In this document: positions 27,779 through 40,998 of the stretch, one piece after another
Layout of the letters: every line of letters begins with the position of its first letter
How positions within the stretch are numbered: the first letter of the stretch is position 1
Assembly: GCA_010093605.1 (NCBI GenBank)
Contig: MU004193.1
Coordinates: forward strand, 1,371,520 to 1,435,519
Origin: Lophium mytilinum
Taxonomy: Eukaryota
Length of the DNA stretch: 64,000 nt
Direction of reading: 5' to 3'
Notes under the pieces: model-generated
Databases searched by the model: none
What the model saw: only the letters and a program-made list of their open reading frames with translations
What the model was told of the DNA's origin: nothing
Position numbers and translations under genes: made by a program

Positions 27779-30652
27779 CTACTTGTCACGCGACGCGGCT
27801 TCTTTCTCGACATCTCTCTCCTTGTTCCCCTTGAGTGTCTCCTTGCTGGGCCCGCCCCGGTTCCAGAGTCTCCATTTCGGGGGTTTGGTTTCGTTGTCTG
27901 CGGATTGTTGGTCTCTCCTTCCGCTGTCTGTAAGCGGTTGGTCTTTGCTTCCGTTGCCTGTAGGCTGTTGACCTTTCGACGTGGCCGTTGTAGACGGCTG
28001 GTCTCGCGCACGGGTCCTATCTTCCTCGTCTTCTTCATTCGCGTGAGCACTCTGGGTAACACCCACATCCTTCGAATTGTCCACTGGGAGTCGCTCATTC
28101 GAAGACGTGCTTTCATCGACCATCATAGGAGAAAATACGGCTCTGCGTATCGGTATCGGCGGTTGATTCAGTGGTGGCGCCCATGGCTCCCACTCCCAAT
28201 TTGCCAGCCAAAATGAGCCCAACAGCACGTTTCTTATTTTGAGGGTCCTCCAGCGCTGCGGGTATACGTTGTGCTCAAACCAGCCAATGATAGCGTGCCA
28301 TCTATTCATACCGCGCTCGCTCATGAAGCTACCGATGAGGGTGTAGGATGGGATGCAGATGAAGACGAGGGCGATGCCGAAGGATTTCATTGAGACGCTG
28401 GATGGGAGGTTTGTCATGCCGAAGACGGACTTTGATAGTGTTAGTGTTGGAAGGGATGTGGCGGAAAGAGGATATTGAAAGGAGGACATTGAAAGGAAGA
28501 TATTGGAAACAAGATATTGGAAGGAGAGTCTCGGGAAAAAATAGGTATATCGGAATAGAGGTAGACTTGGTCTATGAATAGTGAGAGACTTACTGTCACG
28601 AAGGCTAAAGGTAGAAAGAATATGGATACCTGAGACGTTTAGCATGGTGGAGTTATATGACATCAAATAGCGGTATGTACTCACAAGGGTGAGGATTTTG
28701 ATATTTTCACCTTGCGCGATGGCAATCTGGCTTTGCTTGAGAGACTGATCTGCCGATTTCGAGGAGTTACGGCTTTCAAGGACCGCAGAACCGTTGAAAA
28801 GCTTTTTAGCAAGCGGATAGTTAGCAGAAGTCGCATCGTAACTGCCAGTAGACTTACGCCGTCTCGCAAAGCGGCGATTGCTTTTTGTTTGGATTTACAG
28901 TCTTCGATCAGACCACGAAACTTCTTGATTAGATCTTCCATTCCTTTCGAGACCTGCTCCATTCTAGCCGCGTAATGCTTCGCTTTCTCCGAACGCTGCG
29001 ACTCTTTTCGAAAGTCGAAAAGATCTGTGTTTGAGGAGTACATGTCCCATTGTTCGATAATCTCCTTTAGTGTGCCCTGAATCATCTCCAGGCTTTGGTG
29101 CGCCCAGAAGTAGAGTTCCGATTTGGTGTAGTTCTCATCGTCAAACAAGAGCTCCTCGATGTAGTCCAGATTGAACATGAAATCCCTCTGCAAATTGGTT
29201 AGCCTAATCGAACATGTACAAAGAGCAATCTTCTGCTTACTGGAGGCGAGACTTTGGCAGATATCTTCTGGAACAAGCTCATCATATGATCATAGACGTA
29301 TTTGTGTTCTGCGGCGATGACCCAAATCCAAGCCTCGGACGCATTTGCGAGGCGTACATCCGTTTCAAGACGATGCTCTCTCCACAAGCGCAAGTGTGGC
29401 ACAGCAGGAACAACAAGAATAGACCATGGTTTGAAAGGTGCATACGGTGGAAGGCCTTTTACTTGGTCGATCTCCTCGCTCAGTTGCATAGCAGTCGTCC
29501 CGAGCCCGATGTAAAAGTCCGCCTTCTTGTCTTTGTAGAGCTCTTTCACCTTCAGTCTATGCCGCATGGGCAACTTGACTCGGTCTTCGAAGCTTAGGAT
29601 GTAGAGATATTTGATAGCATAGTGTCGGGCTCGGGACTTGGTTCATCGGATCTGCACTACGTCAATTGGAGCCCATGGGGCCTTCGCACGCTGGTTTGCC
29701 TACCATTTCATCATATGGTACGTCTGACCCCAGCCGCGATTCTCCGGGATATAAGTCGATGGTGGTAGTGACTGCGAAGAAGTGTTCTAACGCTGTATGA
29801 AGTGCGACCAGCACCTTCGAAGAAATCGTTTCGACAACGCTAAATTCAATGAGCACATCTCTAGAGGGATGTAGGAATGCCATACATGATGCGTCCAACC
29901 GTAGGAGATCCAATTCTAGACAGATGAGAAGAGTTCAAGTGTAAGCCTCCTTTGAACGAAGGTGGCGCATCGTAGCCAGAACTCTATTGGCGTGAGTTCG
30001 ATATCACAAAATGAAGCCTCATCGTAATGAACATGTGTTGCTTACTCTTATCACATCCCAAAAAGCCCCTTTGGTGAAGGCATCCACGGATCGAACGCAG
30101 TATCCTTTCTGACCGAAATCAAGTATTTCACCGACGAATGCGCATGTCTCTCTTAGAACGCGTGAATCGGACGCCGGGTTTGTTTCTTTGTAGAACTCGC
30201 TATCTCCGATGGTTGGATCAAGCCCTTCCGTCAGGGCGAAGCCCTCTGGGTACACCTCCTGAACGTATGAAATGACCTCGCGAAGGTAGGAGAGGTCAAA
30301 TTCCACGTGGTCCAACTTACCAGAAACGAGACATTGCTCTGCAGGGATTTCAGATGAGCCATCCTTGTCTGCGATAGTGTGGACTCTGGCACCAGCCCCG
30401 CCAGCTTCTTCGAGTACTTCGAAAACAGTGCCAACTCTAGCTCCCCTCCTGCTACTGATGAACGAGTTACCCGCCATGGTACCTTTCCTCACCAAGTCCT
30501 ACGTTTGGACGACAAGAAAACTGGCACGACCCAAGCTTCTGCCAGGCGGCGGGGGACGCCGTCCAGGCCGATCATACCTCAGGACTGAGACGTCGAGAGA
30601 AAACGGCTTCTTGGCTGGTGCCTCTGTCAGGGTTCTCTCTAGTATCCCTCAT
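27779..30652 (-). CDS. Fungal CorA-like (two C-terminal TM) domain protein, multi-exon; start and one acceptor uncertain
   Basis: Spliced PP|RDFMF..LLFDDENYTKSELYFWAHQSL, LRDG|LFNGSAVLESR, QGENIKILTL|VSIFFLPLAFVT|SVFGMTN, then a second TM segment. Confidence 0.75.
28463..28528. repeat. Degenerate ~15-nt tandem repeat (GA(T/C)ATTG(G)AA core, about 4 copies) inside an intron
   Basis: gaggatattgaaa-ggaggacattgaaa-ggaagatattggaaa-caagatattggaa within intron ~28432-28593. Confidence 0.7.
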
Positions 30653-32574
30653 ATTGCGAGGCCAGCTACGATGAACCTTACGATGTTACGGCCTCGTCCA
30701 ACAGCCTCAGCGGCAAGCGGCTACATATGCCTCGATCTGTCGTGAGCATGCTCATCGCCAAAAGAACGAACGTATAGAGGTACGCTATGCCATCGTCGCA
30801 AGCGATCGCAGTTCCAGAGTTTGGACGGTTGTTTCCATCCATCCGACGGTTACACAATATCCGCGAAATAGAGGAAATTCGGCCAAGCTGGCCCGGCGGT
30901 TTGAACAGCCCTTTATGCCATCATTCTTGTGGAGACATCTCGTATGAATAGGTCCGATTACTTCTCCACAGATCATCGTCCGTTGTACCCTTGTACGTAT
31001 GCACCAAAATGTTGTTGCCAAGATTTTACAGCAGAATCAGAAGAAAATTGGTGGTCGGAACTTTCGGCACAACAATGATGTTTACCAAGCCAGCGCAGAC
31101 TGCTTCGGCTGCATCTGAGCGCGTACAGGAAGCTTGACCTCGATGTGGTGCGAGAGCGTGGTGTGATCTGAATCTTCAAAAGCTATGAACTGAAGACAAG
31201 TATAAGCGAAAGCGGCTTGAACCGCCTCAATTTTGTTCGTATAGTATACTAGCTTCGTTGTATCACGAGCATTGTTGTGTCGAGCAATATCAAGCCGGAG
31301 TGAAAATCCCAGCCACATTCATGCACACAGCCACCTTTTTCGTCTGAGCTTGCTGGCCCTAAGACTGCTTACGGATAAGCTCCCACAAACAGATGCATTT
31401 ATGACCTTGACTTCTAATGTAGTCTCAACGGGATACGGCCTGCGGTATCCTGCTACATTGAAACAACATTTTCCGGTGGCAATGTTGAAACCTTCAGAGG
31501 GGGTTGGATGCGGGCATCTCACGAACCGAAGTTTCGATCTCGTGTGCAGTCGGAGCAGTGATCCCCCGCAGCGGATGGCCACAACTGCGTGATAATAGGT
31601 ATGGCGGAAGCGCCGAGAATGTGCTTCCACCGGACCCGCGGGATCTGGTACGGGGTATATTTAATGCCATTCAGGAAGGTGACCTTCGAAGCCCAACTCC
31701 GGAACCCGATGCATATTCCTCCAGCCTTACCATGTACTGGCTAGCCTTTCCAAAGGAAGTGCTCTTAGGCGACCTACAGGCTCTCCATGGAACCTTCAGG
31801 CAGGGACTACTAAACTTGGCGGCGGGTCCTCAAACCGATTAACTGCCAAGGAAGCCCAAATGAACATCAGGGGCATCAGCCACACTTAGCTCTCTCGATG
31901 CATTGGTCTACCCGAGCTGGGTTGACCGGTCCCAAGCCCCTGTAACGAGGCACAGCCGCGAGACTGGGCGTTGCCCGGCGGGTAGATGCTGGTGGACAGG
32001 GGCTCGGGCACGTGACCAGCGCTAAACTCTGATTTTTGCCGTCTCGCTTCCTCCTATCCCCTTGAGCCTACGTTCGGATGGAAGCGCCGACAACTCACAC
32101 TCCTCATTAGCCTTACGATATCGTGCAGTCACAGTCAGCATCCTCAGCATCCTCAGCAGCCTTATATCAATCATGAAGATTGTGATGCCATCCGACGGCG
32201 GCCATGTCCCGTCTCAGCCGCACTCCGTACAGGAGGCACTTCCTCAAGCTATTGTCTTGGCTGTCCACCATGGCACCGTTTGATTCGAACAAGCTGCAAT
32301 TAGCTGCTTGGCATACCGTAGGCTGGGCTCGAATCCCCCAACTTCTGTTACCGCCCCCTTCAGCCCGTCTTGGCATCTAGTCACCTTCGCATCACCATGC
32401 AATTGTGCAGAAACATCGAGGGGCGCGCCCAGAACCCAGCGCTCAGCCCCCTGGCTGTCAGTGCGTGCGGGATCATCCTTCGCCCAGACGAGCATGAGTA
32501 TTAAATGAGGGCCGTGGCACATCGATTCTGGGTTTCTATATTCAGTCACTTTTTCCTGGTCACAGCATCGCATT

Positions 32575-35187
32575 ATGTTGTTTGATCTTTTTCTTCTCAG
32601 CGGGCTCGTCCTCACTGGCGGCTCTCTAGTCGCAGCTAGAGATGAACCTTGCGCGGTCGTGAGTGCTGCATCTGCGTCTTTTTTGGTCGATTACCCTCAG
32701 GCTACGGCTGCCTATGTGAATGCAGAGGACGCGGTCGCGTGTTTGAAGTCTGTTCCTATCCAAAAGGATGAGGACAAAGCTCTTATGAACGAGATACTAT
32801 TGTAAGTACATGCATCCTAGCTATGACTCAGTGAAAGGTCATGAGTCTGTGCACACGCATTCACCACTGTTTGGGGTAGCCCCTTGGAAATTCGAAAGGC
32901 GTGGGCACGAGGTCAAGTTTCATCTGTGCAAACTTAGGTGCCTCTTGACTGTACGACTACATACTAGCTGGACCGCTCCCCGCAGTGGTGCCGGGTGAGC
33001 AAGACTCGAGTCAAGCAGTGTCAAATACGTGTGCCCAGAATTATGGCCTATTACTGTACAATCCCATCCGACATCTGTTCTCATTGTCACATTCCGGGTA
33101 TAAATACTAACTCTATCCCCTCTTAGGTACTTGAGCTGGCAATCAAATATTGCGTACATTGCCGACCCTCCAGCAGGATACACCGAAGAGCGCGTGGACA
33201 TCCTCGACAACCTCAAAGCAATCTATAAAAAATTAGACGGCGATGGATATGACGACGAGTACACCTTCCAGCTCGATCTTTCTACCACGATCACGGAGGC
33301 CTATGACTTCCATCTCTACTTTGTCGCAGATATCCTAGGCATATTCATCTTCTCAAGGGGCAATCTCTTTGGAGATGGTGACGAATTGTCCCTAACTTCT
33401 TTATCCTCCGACGGAAAGGCTCTGCCCGAGCTATACAACGTCTACGATATTATCAAGGAACGTACCGACGATTTCAAGGCCTCCCCTATCACGGAAATCA
33501 ACAACAAGACCGCAAGCGAATACTTGAATGATTGGGCCAAAACATACACGTATCACGATAAGGATGCTCGTTATGAGCGGAACTTTTACAACCAGGCCGG
33601 TGCCTCGATTGGCCAGCCCGTGGACTCATTTGCCAGCGGTCGCTATCCAGATGGTGCTTCAACTTTCATCACTTTCAAGAACGGTACCTCCGTAGAGTTC
33701 TTTAATTATGCCAAGATCAACGCGGATATGTCCAACGTTGCCAGTGGCGAGGAGTTTTTCTCTGCTTTCTGCAACCAGGGACCACCCAGCCCGAACTCCA
33801 AGGTTAAACGTGAGCCTACACTCACTTCCAGGGCTGATCCGACGGCTACTGGCTACCCTGATGCCGTTCTTTTGCACTCTGAGGGCGTAATTGGTGGATA
33901 TTACCTCGAAGGCCAGGGCTACGACGATGTCGCTGTGCTTGGGATTCCCTCTTTTGGTCCTGAATCTGACAAGGGTGGACCCGAGTTCCAGGACGTGGTC
34001 TTCCAGTTTTTCGCGGATGCTACCGCAAAGGGCAAGAAGAAGCTCGTAATCGATACCCGTGCTAATGGCGGAGGACGAGTCTTCCTAGGCTTTGATCTCT
34101 TCAAACAGCTATTTCCTACTCTTGAGCCATGGGGAGCGACGCGCTACCGTGCCAACGAGGCTTTCGACGTTGTGGGTCAGGCCTTGAGCAAGCAACTAGA
34201 AGGATATACATACGAGCAGGCCATTGCAGACTTTAACTCTAAGGGTCTAGATAGCTTGCTAGCTGCTGCGTGGAGTAGTATCTTCAACTACAAGGTTCCG
34301 ATGACCGTTGATGGCCAAAACTTTACATCCTGGAAAGATATGTTCGGGCCAAACGTTTTCAACAATGATAACTTTACGGATCTTCAGAGATACAACGTAG
34401 GGTCTTCTCTTATTACTTCCAAAGTCTTTCAGCTCATAGCTAACCAACGTAGTTCAATAACTTCTTCTCCGACGATCTTACACTGGATGTCAGCGGCTAC
34501 CGCACTCGCGCCAATAAACTCGGTCCCCAGCCCTTCCAGCCCGAGAACATCGTCATCCTCCAAGACGGTGGCTGCGGTTCTACCTGCGCTATCTTCGCCG
34601 AGCTCATGAAGGCTCAAGGGCATGTGCAGCAAGTCGTCATCGGCGGTCAGCCAAAGACTGGCGCTATGCAAGGTGTTGCCGGCTCCAAGGGCGCCCAAGT
34701 CCTGAACTTCCTCGAGGTCTTCAAACAGGCCTCCAGCGCCTACAAATTCCTTACGGACGATCAGGATAAGATCAACGGTACCGAGCTCGGCGCCCTCGTT
34801 CAGGCTCAGCGCCCCCTAATGCGCGCTGGCTATAGCGCGGACGGCAGTCCTTTCGCAGCCGTCAACCTCCGTGACAACATCCGCGAAGGTGACAACTCCA
34901 ACACCCCGCTCGAGTTCGTCTACGAGGCTGCCGACTGCAAGCTGTTCTACACTCCGGATCTATTTGGCGATGTCACCGAAGTCTGGAAGGCGGCTGTCGA
35001 CGCGCGCTGGTCCAACGGCAAGGGCTGTGTCGAGGGCAGCACAAGTGACAAGAGCAGTATTAGCGGAGGCCTTACGCTCCCTGCTTCAAACCCCAAGGGG
35101 CCGCAGACTGCTGGTGCTTCCGGCCGCGATAGCGCGATGGCGCTTGTGGTTGCGATGGCGATAAGTGCGCTTGTGTTTATGCTTTAG
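32575..35187 (+). CDS. Secreted, probably GPI-anchored peptidase S41 (CPAF-like) family protein
   Basis: Signal peptide plus EPCAVVS and ACLKSVP; exons 32575-32801, ~33128-34396 and ~34453-35187. KLVIDTRANGGG, LQDGGCGSTCAIFAE, GAMQGVAGSKG, VNLRDNIR..PLEFVYEAADC and a hydrophobic C-terminus. Confidence 0.88.
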
Positions 35188-35664
35188 ATGCATATAAGGC
35201 CCGTATGTAGATGATCTGGCTTATGTTGTATATCCCACGTATATTGAATAGACTGTAACGACTTCCGTATGAACGTAGTTGCTTTGACTAACCTGTCTCA
35301 GTGTGATTCTAACCTCATGTCCCAGGGTATTTGGAATCGCTCAGTCCGCACCTCTATGGGTAAAAGAGGCAATCTAGCATCTCGCCGCTGATTGGTCGCA
35401 ATGGAGGACTGCACACATTCCAGCATCAACGTTAGATTAAGCTTAATTGGACCCCACAACTCCAATACTATCTCCGCGCCCAAAGATCAGCATCTCGAAT
35501 CACTTCGGCCGGAACGCATCCGAGAAACGCCTTTTCATCAAATAGTGTCGTTGCGGTACGGTTTCTAATGTGCCTCAATGATTCCGATCTCCGAACCCAA
35601 ATCCAACATCTCCACTGTGCCGCTCTGAACCAACCAAGGCGCGGCCAACCCTTGTTCCATCGTC

Positions 35665-36387
35665 TCAAACCTTCCAGAAGCGGTTCCTACGCACGCTCTT
35701 CGCAACCGTAAAGTCAACGCAAGACTCATACGTTTGCTTCGCACTAGTACCATACCACCACCATTGCAGGACCTGCGAGGGAATCATCAGCACCCCGATT
35801 CTGTCTAAACCGAGCCCACCGTGCGCCAGGACAGATGCAGACTCCGTGGAATAAACAGAGGTAGGAATACTCACACAATCCCCAGCCCTCCCACACCTCT
35901 CCTCCAACCCCCCGGGAATCGTCACACTAAACTCCGTCTGATCAACCGGCACATCCCCACTCAGCGGCCCGACCGCATAGTCATCCCAGTACTTCAGCTC
36001 CTCCCCAATCACCTCGTTCGTTCTCGTGTCCACGACGGACACGTTGGCCGTGCCCGCGTGCGGGATCCGCAGCCATATCTTCACGCTTACGACATCGCCC
36101 GCGACGTACTTCTGCACGTTTGCGGTGTTGTCGGCGAACTGGAGGCCTTTGCAGAGCCAAAGGTTGCAGGCAGGGGCGGAATGGTTGTAGGAGGGGGCGG
36201 GTGGGGAGGAGGCGTAGGCTTCGGGAAGCCCTTCGACGTGGGAGGTGTTGTCGGCGGTTATGAGGGCGGCGACGCCTGTGCCGCAGGCAGAGATGAGGGC
36301 GGGACCGACGGCGCGGGGGGCGGGGGTGGTGATGATGCCGTGGGCGGAGATGAGGGATGGGAGGAGGGTGAGGAGGAAGGAGCGCAT
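35665..36387 (-). CDS. AA16 family copper protein (LPMO-like)
   Basis: Signal peptide followed by His1 (HGIITTPAPRAVG); CNLWLCKGLQFADN, RIPHAGTANVSVVDT and, after intron ~35773-35873, C|VLQWWWYG..QTYESCVDF. Confidence 0.85.
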   Translation of the reverse strand: MRSFLLTLLPSLISAHGIITTPAPRAVGPALISACGTGVAALITADNTSHVEGLPEAYASSPPAPSYNHSAPACNLWLCKGLQFADNTANVQKYVAGDVVSVKIWLRIPHAGTANVSVVDTRTNEVIGEELKYWDDYAVGPLSGDVPVDQTEFSVTIPGGLEERCGRAGDCVSIPTSVYSTESASVLAHGGLGLDRIGVLMIPSQVLQWWWYGTSAKQTYESCVDFTVAKSVRRNRFWKV

Positions 36388-37195
36388 GTTGGGTTGAGTT
36401 TAGGGTAAGTGAGTGAGTGACGAGAGATAGACTGTAGGATGCGAATGATACGAGGGCTTTTGTATGAATGAGCGAGTCGAAATTGAAGGTAAGAAGGAGA
36501 GTAGAAGAGATAGATAAGATTGTAATACGTTAGAGACATCATATATAGACACCCCTTCATTGCCTCTAACCCACACGCATCCCCCTCCCGCCAGACCCAC
36601 CTCCAGATCTTGCCACGGGTATCGGCAAACGTCCGATTCGTGGGACTTTTGGTTCCTGAATCCACATGTGTCTAGATAAATTACTTCGGCAATATGAGTG
36701 ATACCGCATACTGCAGTTTAGGTACCCTTGCTTCTCCACACGCGGGACAACGGAGCGGATCTTGTCCCCCTTGCGGATTATTTGGATGCGAGGGGCAAAT
36801 TAAACTCAGTGGTATATGACGTCGAGGAACGATGTATGAAAGAGGGAGATGGGATGTGTCCCTAGCTGCTTCTCAGATTAGCCTAATATGACTATCGGAC
36901 AAATCTCTCCAAAGACTCGCAATCGTGAGCAAAACATCAGCCTCGTCACCATCTAGATCATGCTCCTTTCATCAGTATACATGACGCAAGTCGTAGCCTC
37001 ATCGCCTGAAAGTATTCGAGATTAATACCTAAGGATCATCAAGACTAGAAGACAATTTCAAACGAGACAGTTCCCCTGACATTGAGAGAAATTCGTGAGA
37101 CATACATAAGCTTCGGCTCGTTCGCATCATCAAGAAAGTGCTCGAACACATCAAAATCTCGTCCCTTTCATGAGTATAGGAGACTTACAGCCAGA

Positions 37196-38742
37196 TCACC
37201 AATAGTCACCATTATACGCAATGAGATTCGGCGTCCCTGCTCCCGGATCCTTGACCAAATCCTTCGTCGCAATACTATGAAGAACGTCAACAGCCTCCAT
37301 TGCGGAAATAGAGGCTTCCGCAATCAAGTACGCTATCAAGCCCGCAACATGCGGCGTAGCTACCTCAATTTAGTAAAGCTCGTAGTAGTAGGTGTTGCAA
37401 AGCAAAGTGAAACTCACACATGCTCGTCCCCGAAATCGTTTCATGACAGCTTGGACAGCCAGTCCAAGAGCTCGTAACATTTACGCCTGGCGCAAATAGA
37501 TCCACAATCGGTCCATAGTTCGAGAAGTCGGCGCGCGTATCCGTGCAGTCTATTGCGGCTACGGTGACGGCGGAGGGCTCCGAGGCGGGCGACCAGTAGA
37601 TGGAGTCGTCGTCTGCGTTACCTGCTGCGACGGCCACGGCGATGCCAGCTGATGTGGCGACGCGTACGGCTTGGTTGACGACCTCGCTGCGGTAGCCGCC
37701 GAGCGACATGTTGATGACGGAGGAGTTGGTTATGCCGAGCGACATAGAGTTGGTGACGACTAGACATAATTTTCAGCTTTAGGAATGTGCGAGATTGAGA
37801 GTGGTGTCATGTAGTGGAGCGGTATGGTAGAGATGCTTTGCTGGGGTATGGAAGTGAGCTCACCCCATTCGATGCCACTAATGATATATTCCCAGTTCCC
37901 ACTTCCGTAAGAGTCGAGAACCTTGACAGCAACGAGAGTGACGTTCTTAGAGACTCCGTATGTACCGCCGCCTATAGTGCCAGCGACATGCGTTCCGTGA
38001 CCGTTGTCGTCGTGGTTCTAGGAAGAAGAGTCAGCATCTCATAGCGTGTGCCCTCTCAGTACTCACGGGCGATCCGGGACTAAAGTTAGCCCCCCAGATA
38101 GCTCGGCCATCAAACTCCTGCCAAAATGTCAGCAACATCTCGGCGCTGCGTTCCAGAATCTTACTTCATGATCGAGATATATTCCAGTGTCAAGGATGTA
38201 AGCGCGAGAGCCAGTGCCGGCGGAATAGTCATATATGTAAACGTCTTTGTCGCAACCCTGGGATAAAGTATGTGAGATCCGGGAGAGGCCCCATTCCGCA
38301 TCAGGCTGATAGACCAGCTCGTTCGACTTCATTATGCCATTAACCTTCATGGTGCCTTCTCTTTCAATGTATGCAACCTATACGCATAAGATTAGTATCT
38401 TGATGGAGATGTCGCTGTGGCGTTTCAATCACTCACCTCAGGTGACGATTTAATTTTCGCTAGGCCTGCTTCATCGGTCTCAATCTGGAAGCCCTTCAGC
38501 CCAGGCATACTCCACTTCGTGCCGATACCCTTGAGGCCATCGTCTCCGGTGGTATGCATGGTGTTGAGCTCGGTTTCCAGGGCTGAGACAGCTGCAAAGT
38601 CAACCTTGTCATTGTAGACGACGATATAACTGTTGGGGATGGCATCTTTCATTTGAGTGTTGATTATGTCGGCACATGATATCAGAGTAACGAGCGCAAA
38701 GGGTAGAACGACCGCCCTCGTAGGAATGTAAGAGAACCACAT
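37196..38742 (-). CDS. Secreted S8 subtilisin-like (proteinase K-type) protease with I9 propeptide
   Basis: Signal peptide, [24 protein letters not shown] (Asp), [12 protein letters not shown] (His), VAAGN, ISGTSM|STPHVAG (Ser) and PNLIAYNG; multiple GT-AG introns. Confidence 0.93.
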
Positions 38743-40160
38743 GTCGGCAAGAACGAGTGAATGAATCCAAAGTGAAAGTTAGAAAGCAAGACGGTTGCGC
38801 TCTAATAAACTGCCCGCACAGATTTGAGTCCTTGAGTTCGTGACCTGAATGGCGTATATATCGAAACCAGCGGTCAAGCTGCCCACGACCGCGTAAGGGC
38901 TCATGCATGGTTTAGATAGTGGTTGATCGACAGCAGCGGAGTTATGAGGGGGGATTGAAGAAATGTGTACCGTCCCCGGCCCAGGTTTCCGGGATGTTTG
39001 CTGGAAGCCTACCAATTGCAGCTCGAGAATCCCAAAGCCTCAATATCGCGTGTGCAAGCAACCAAGATCACAGTGTCACAGCACCAAGCTCGAGGGATCA
39101 AAGATGCAAACTGAGATGCAGGAATACCGTACGTGTTCTTGGGTAGATTTCTGGGCATGGTATTCCCTTATCCGTCTACAGGGCGGACGCTGGTAGATAA
39201 CGCAAAAATATGATAGACGTCTTGCAATATTAAATAAGTCCTAGAAGCTTGCGTTTCGTCTAACTGGGATGAGATTCTACGTTGTTGTATGTACTCGTGA
39301 TGTTAGCAGCTCTCCTATAGCTGCACATTCGCGGGGTAGGCCGAGGGGCTCCAAGCATTAGCGTAGAAGCAAACTTGGCTTGGCCTTCCAGATCTTGCTC
39401 TAGTCAGTAGATGTTTGATTCCACATGTACTTCCTTCCGTCGATATTGAACAGCCCCTGGCCTTTTCATGAGTGACACTGAGAAAATGACCATAAAGTGC
39501 TGGATCCAAGACGGGCGTCGTTAACTGAGCGAGTAGTGAGCTCTCCTGGGCACGACAGATGCGGACCTTTCTTTCGCGAATCAACTTATCTTCATCTATA
39601 TCAAACCCAAGCCCTTACCACAGAACAAGACCCCCACAGGCTACATGCTTTTGTTGCCTGGATCGGCCCTCACTCGAGCAAAGCAGAGCCCTCCATCGCA
39701 GTTCTGCTTGACAGCATCCGCATTCTGCTGGAGTGGGTCGAGCTCGTGCTCAAATGCCTGTACTCGGTCTTTGAAACACGAGGAGGGTGGCTTGCAGGGG
39801 GCGAGCATGTGCATCGTAACGGCTAGGTAGGGATCGGAGCTTGGCAGGGCGCGCACAGCCACAGGACATCCACTCTGTACAGGCTTCGAGCCCTTCCCCA
39901 TGAATCGTAATAGTGGAGTTCCGTCTTGGGAGATGGGCGGCTTTGAGGCTTTAGAGACTGATTCCCGCTTCCCTCGCTTAACCTGGATAGGTAGGATTCC
40001 GTCTAATTTATACCCAACTTCGAGGTGCAGAAGGTATATACCGCATATTTAAGTATAAGATGTGAAGCGAGAGACAGTGTTGTACCTCGTTGTATCTCCT
40101 TGGGTGTCGGTTGGTTCTTCTAATATTTCAGGATCCTTATTCGCTGCCACTTCCAGCAAT

Positions 40161-40998
40161 ATGCATTTTCCCCTCTTCTTATCCCCATTCATCCTTCCTT
40201 TCCTTGTGTGGCTCCCACAAGCGTTCTCCAAAACCTTGGTGTCTTACTCCGCCTCCTCCGGCGACCCTGCAAGCAACCTAGGCTACCTTAACCTCGAAAA
40301 AACCAAAGGCGACCGCCCAAAAGTCAACTCGGCCGATCTATACATCAAAACGGCCACAGACCCGTCTGGGGTCCCCGCAGCGCACTTCCATCGCAAGAAA
40401 GGGTACCGGCGTACGGAGTACCATTCGTTGTTCTACGCAACACAGTATGACACCACGTACTATATTGGGTACCAGGTGATGATTCGGAAGATACGGCATA
40501 ATCTCGTCATTTTCCAGTGGTACGTGGCCGTCCTTTGAACCTCAATGTCATCGTCCGTGTAAAGGTAGTAGTCATCTGAGCTGACCTCTATCCAGGAAAG
40601 AGCTTGTTAAGCAATCCACACAACTCATTCCTCTTAACCTCGAATTCTTCTCCGAGCACAATGAGCGCATCTTGACGTTTAACCACGAAGCTCCGAACAG
40701 CCACACGAGGACTACTTTCTGGAATAGAACCCTCAAAGATGGCGTCAAGTACTCAGTCGGTATGGTCATCAACACCGGTACCCCGGGCGGCGAGGACGGC
40801 TGGGCGAAGCTGTACTGGGATGGCGAGCCCCAGAAGATGTTCGATGGGACTGACTTCATCAACGGGACGATGGTGAGTAGCCAGGCGAATCCGAAGTTCG
40901 GTGCTTATCGGGGAGAAGAGTTTGAGATAGATACGTATGTATATGCTGTCAAGATCGGAACGGCGTCTGGGGATGTGAAGGATGTAGCAGGGTGGTAG
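40161..40998 (+). CDS. Secreted protein, polysaccharide-lyase-like beta-jelly-roll (family uncertain)
   Basis: Signal peptide; HFHRKKGYRRTEYH, YYIGY, LVIFQW|K, GWAKLYWDG and PKFGAYRG resemble the R-x-E / QW / K-x-G-x-Y-R pattern of PL7/PL20-like lyases. One intron ~40520-40595. Confidence 0.55.

Noticed and set aside
31504..31842. 112-aa ORF with protein-like composition
   Set aside because: Non-ATG start, no motif and no supporting splice structure.
32270..32345. GTTCGAATC T-loop-like word on the minus strand
   Set aside because: No matching acceptor stem or D-arm, so not a tRNA.
32802..33127. Long first intron of the S41 peptidase with short inverted repeats (possible intronic ncRNA)
   Set aside because: No convincing C/D or H/ACA box arrangement by eye.
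39315..39901. Several short overlapping ORFs between the subtilisin and lyase-like genes
   Set aside because: No recognisable domain; treated as intergenic.
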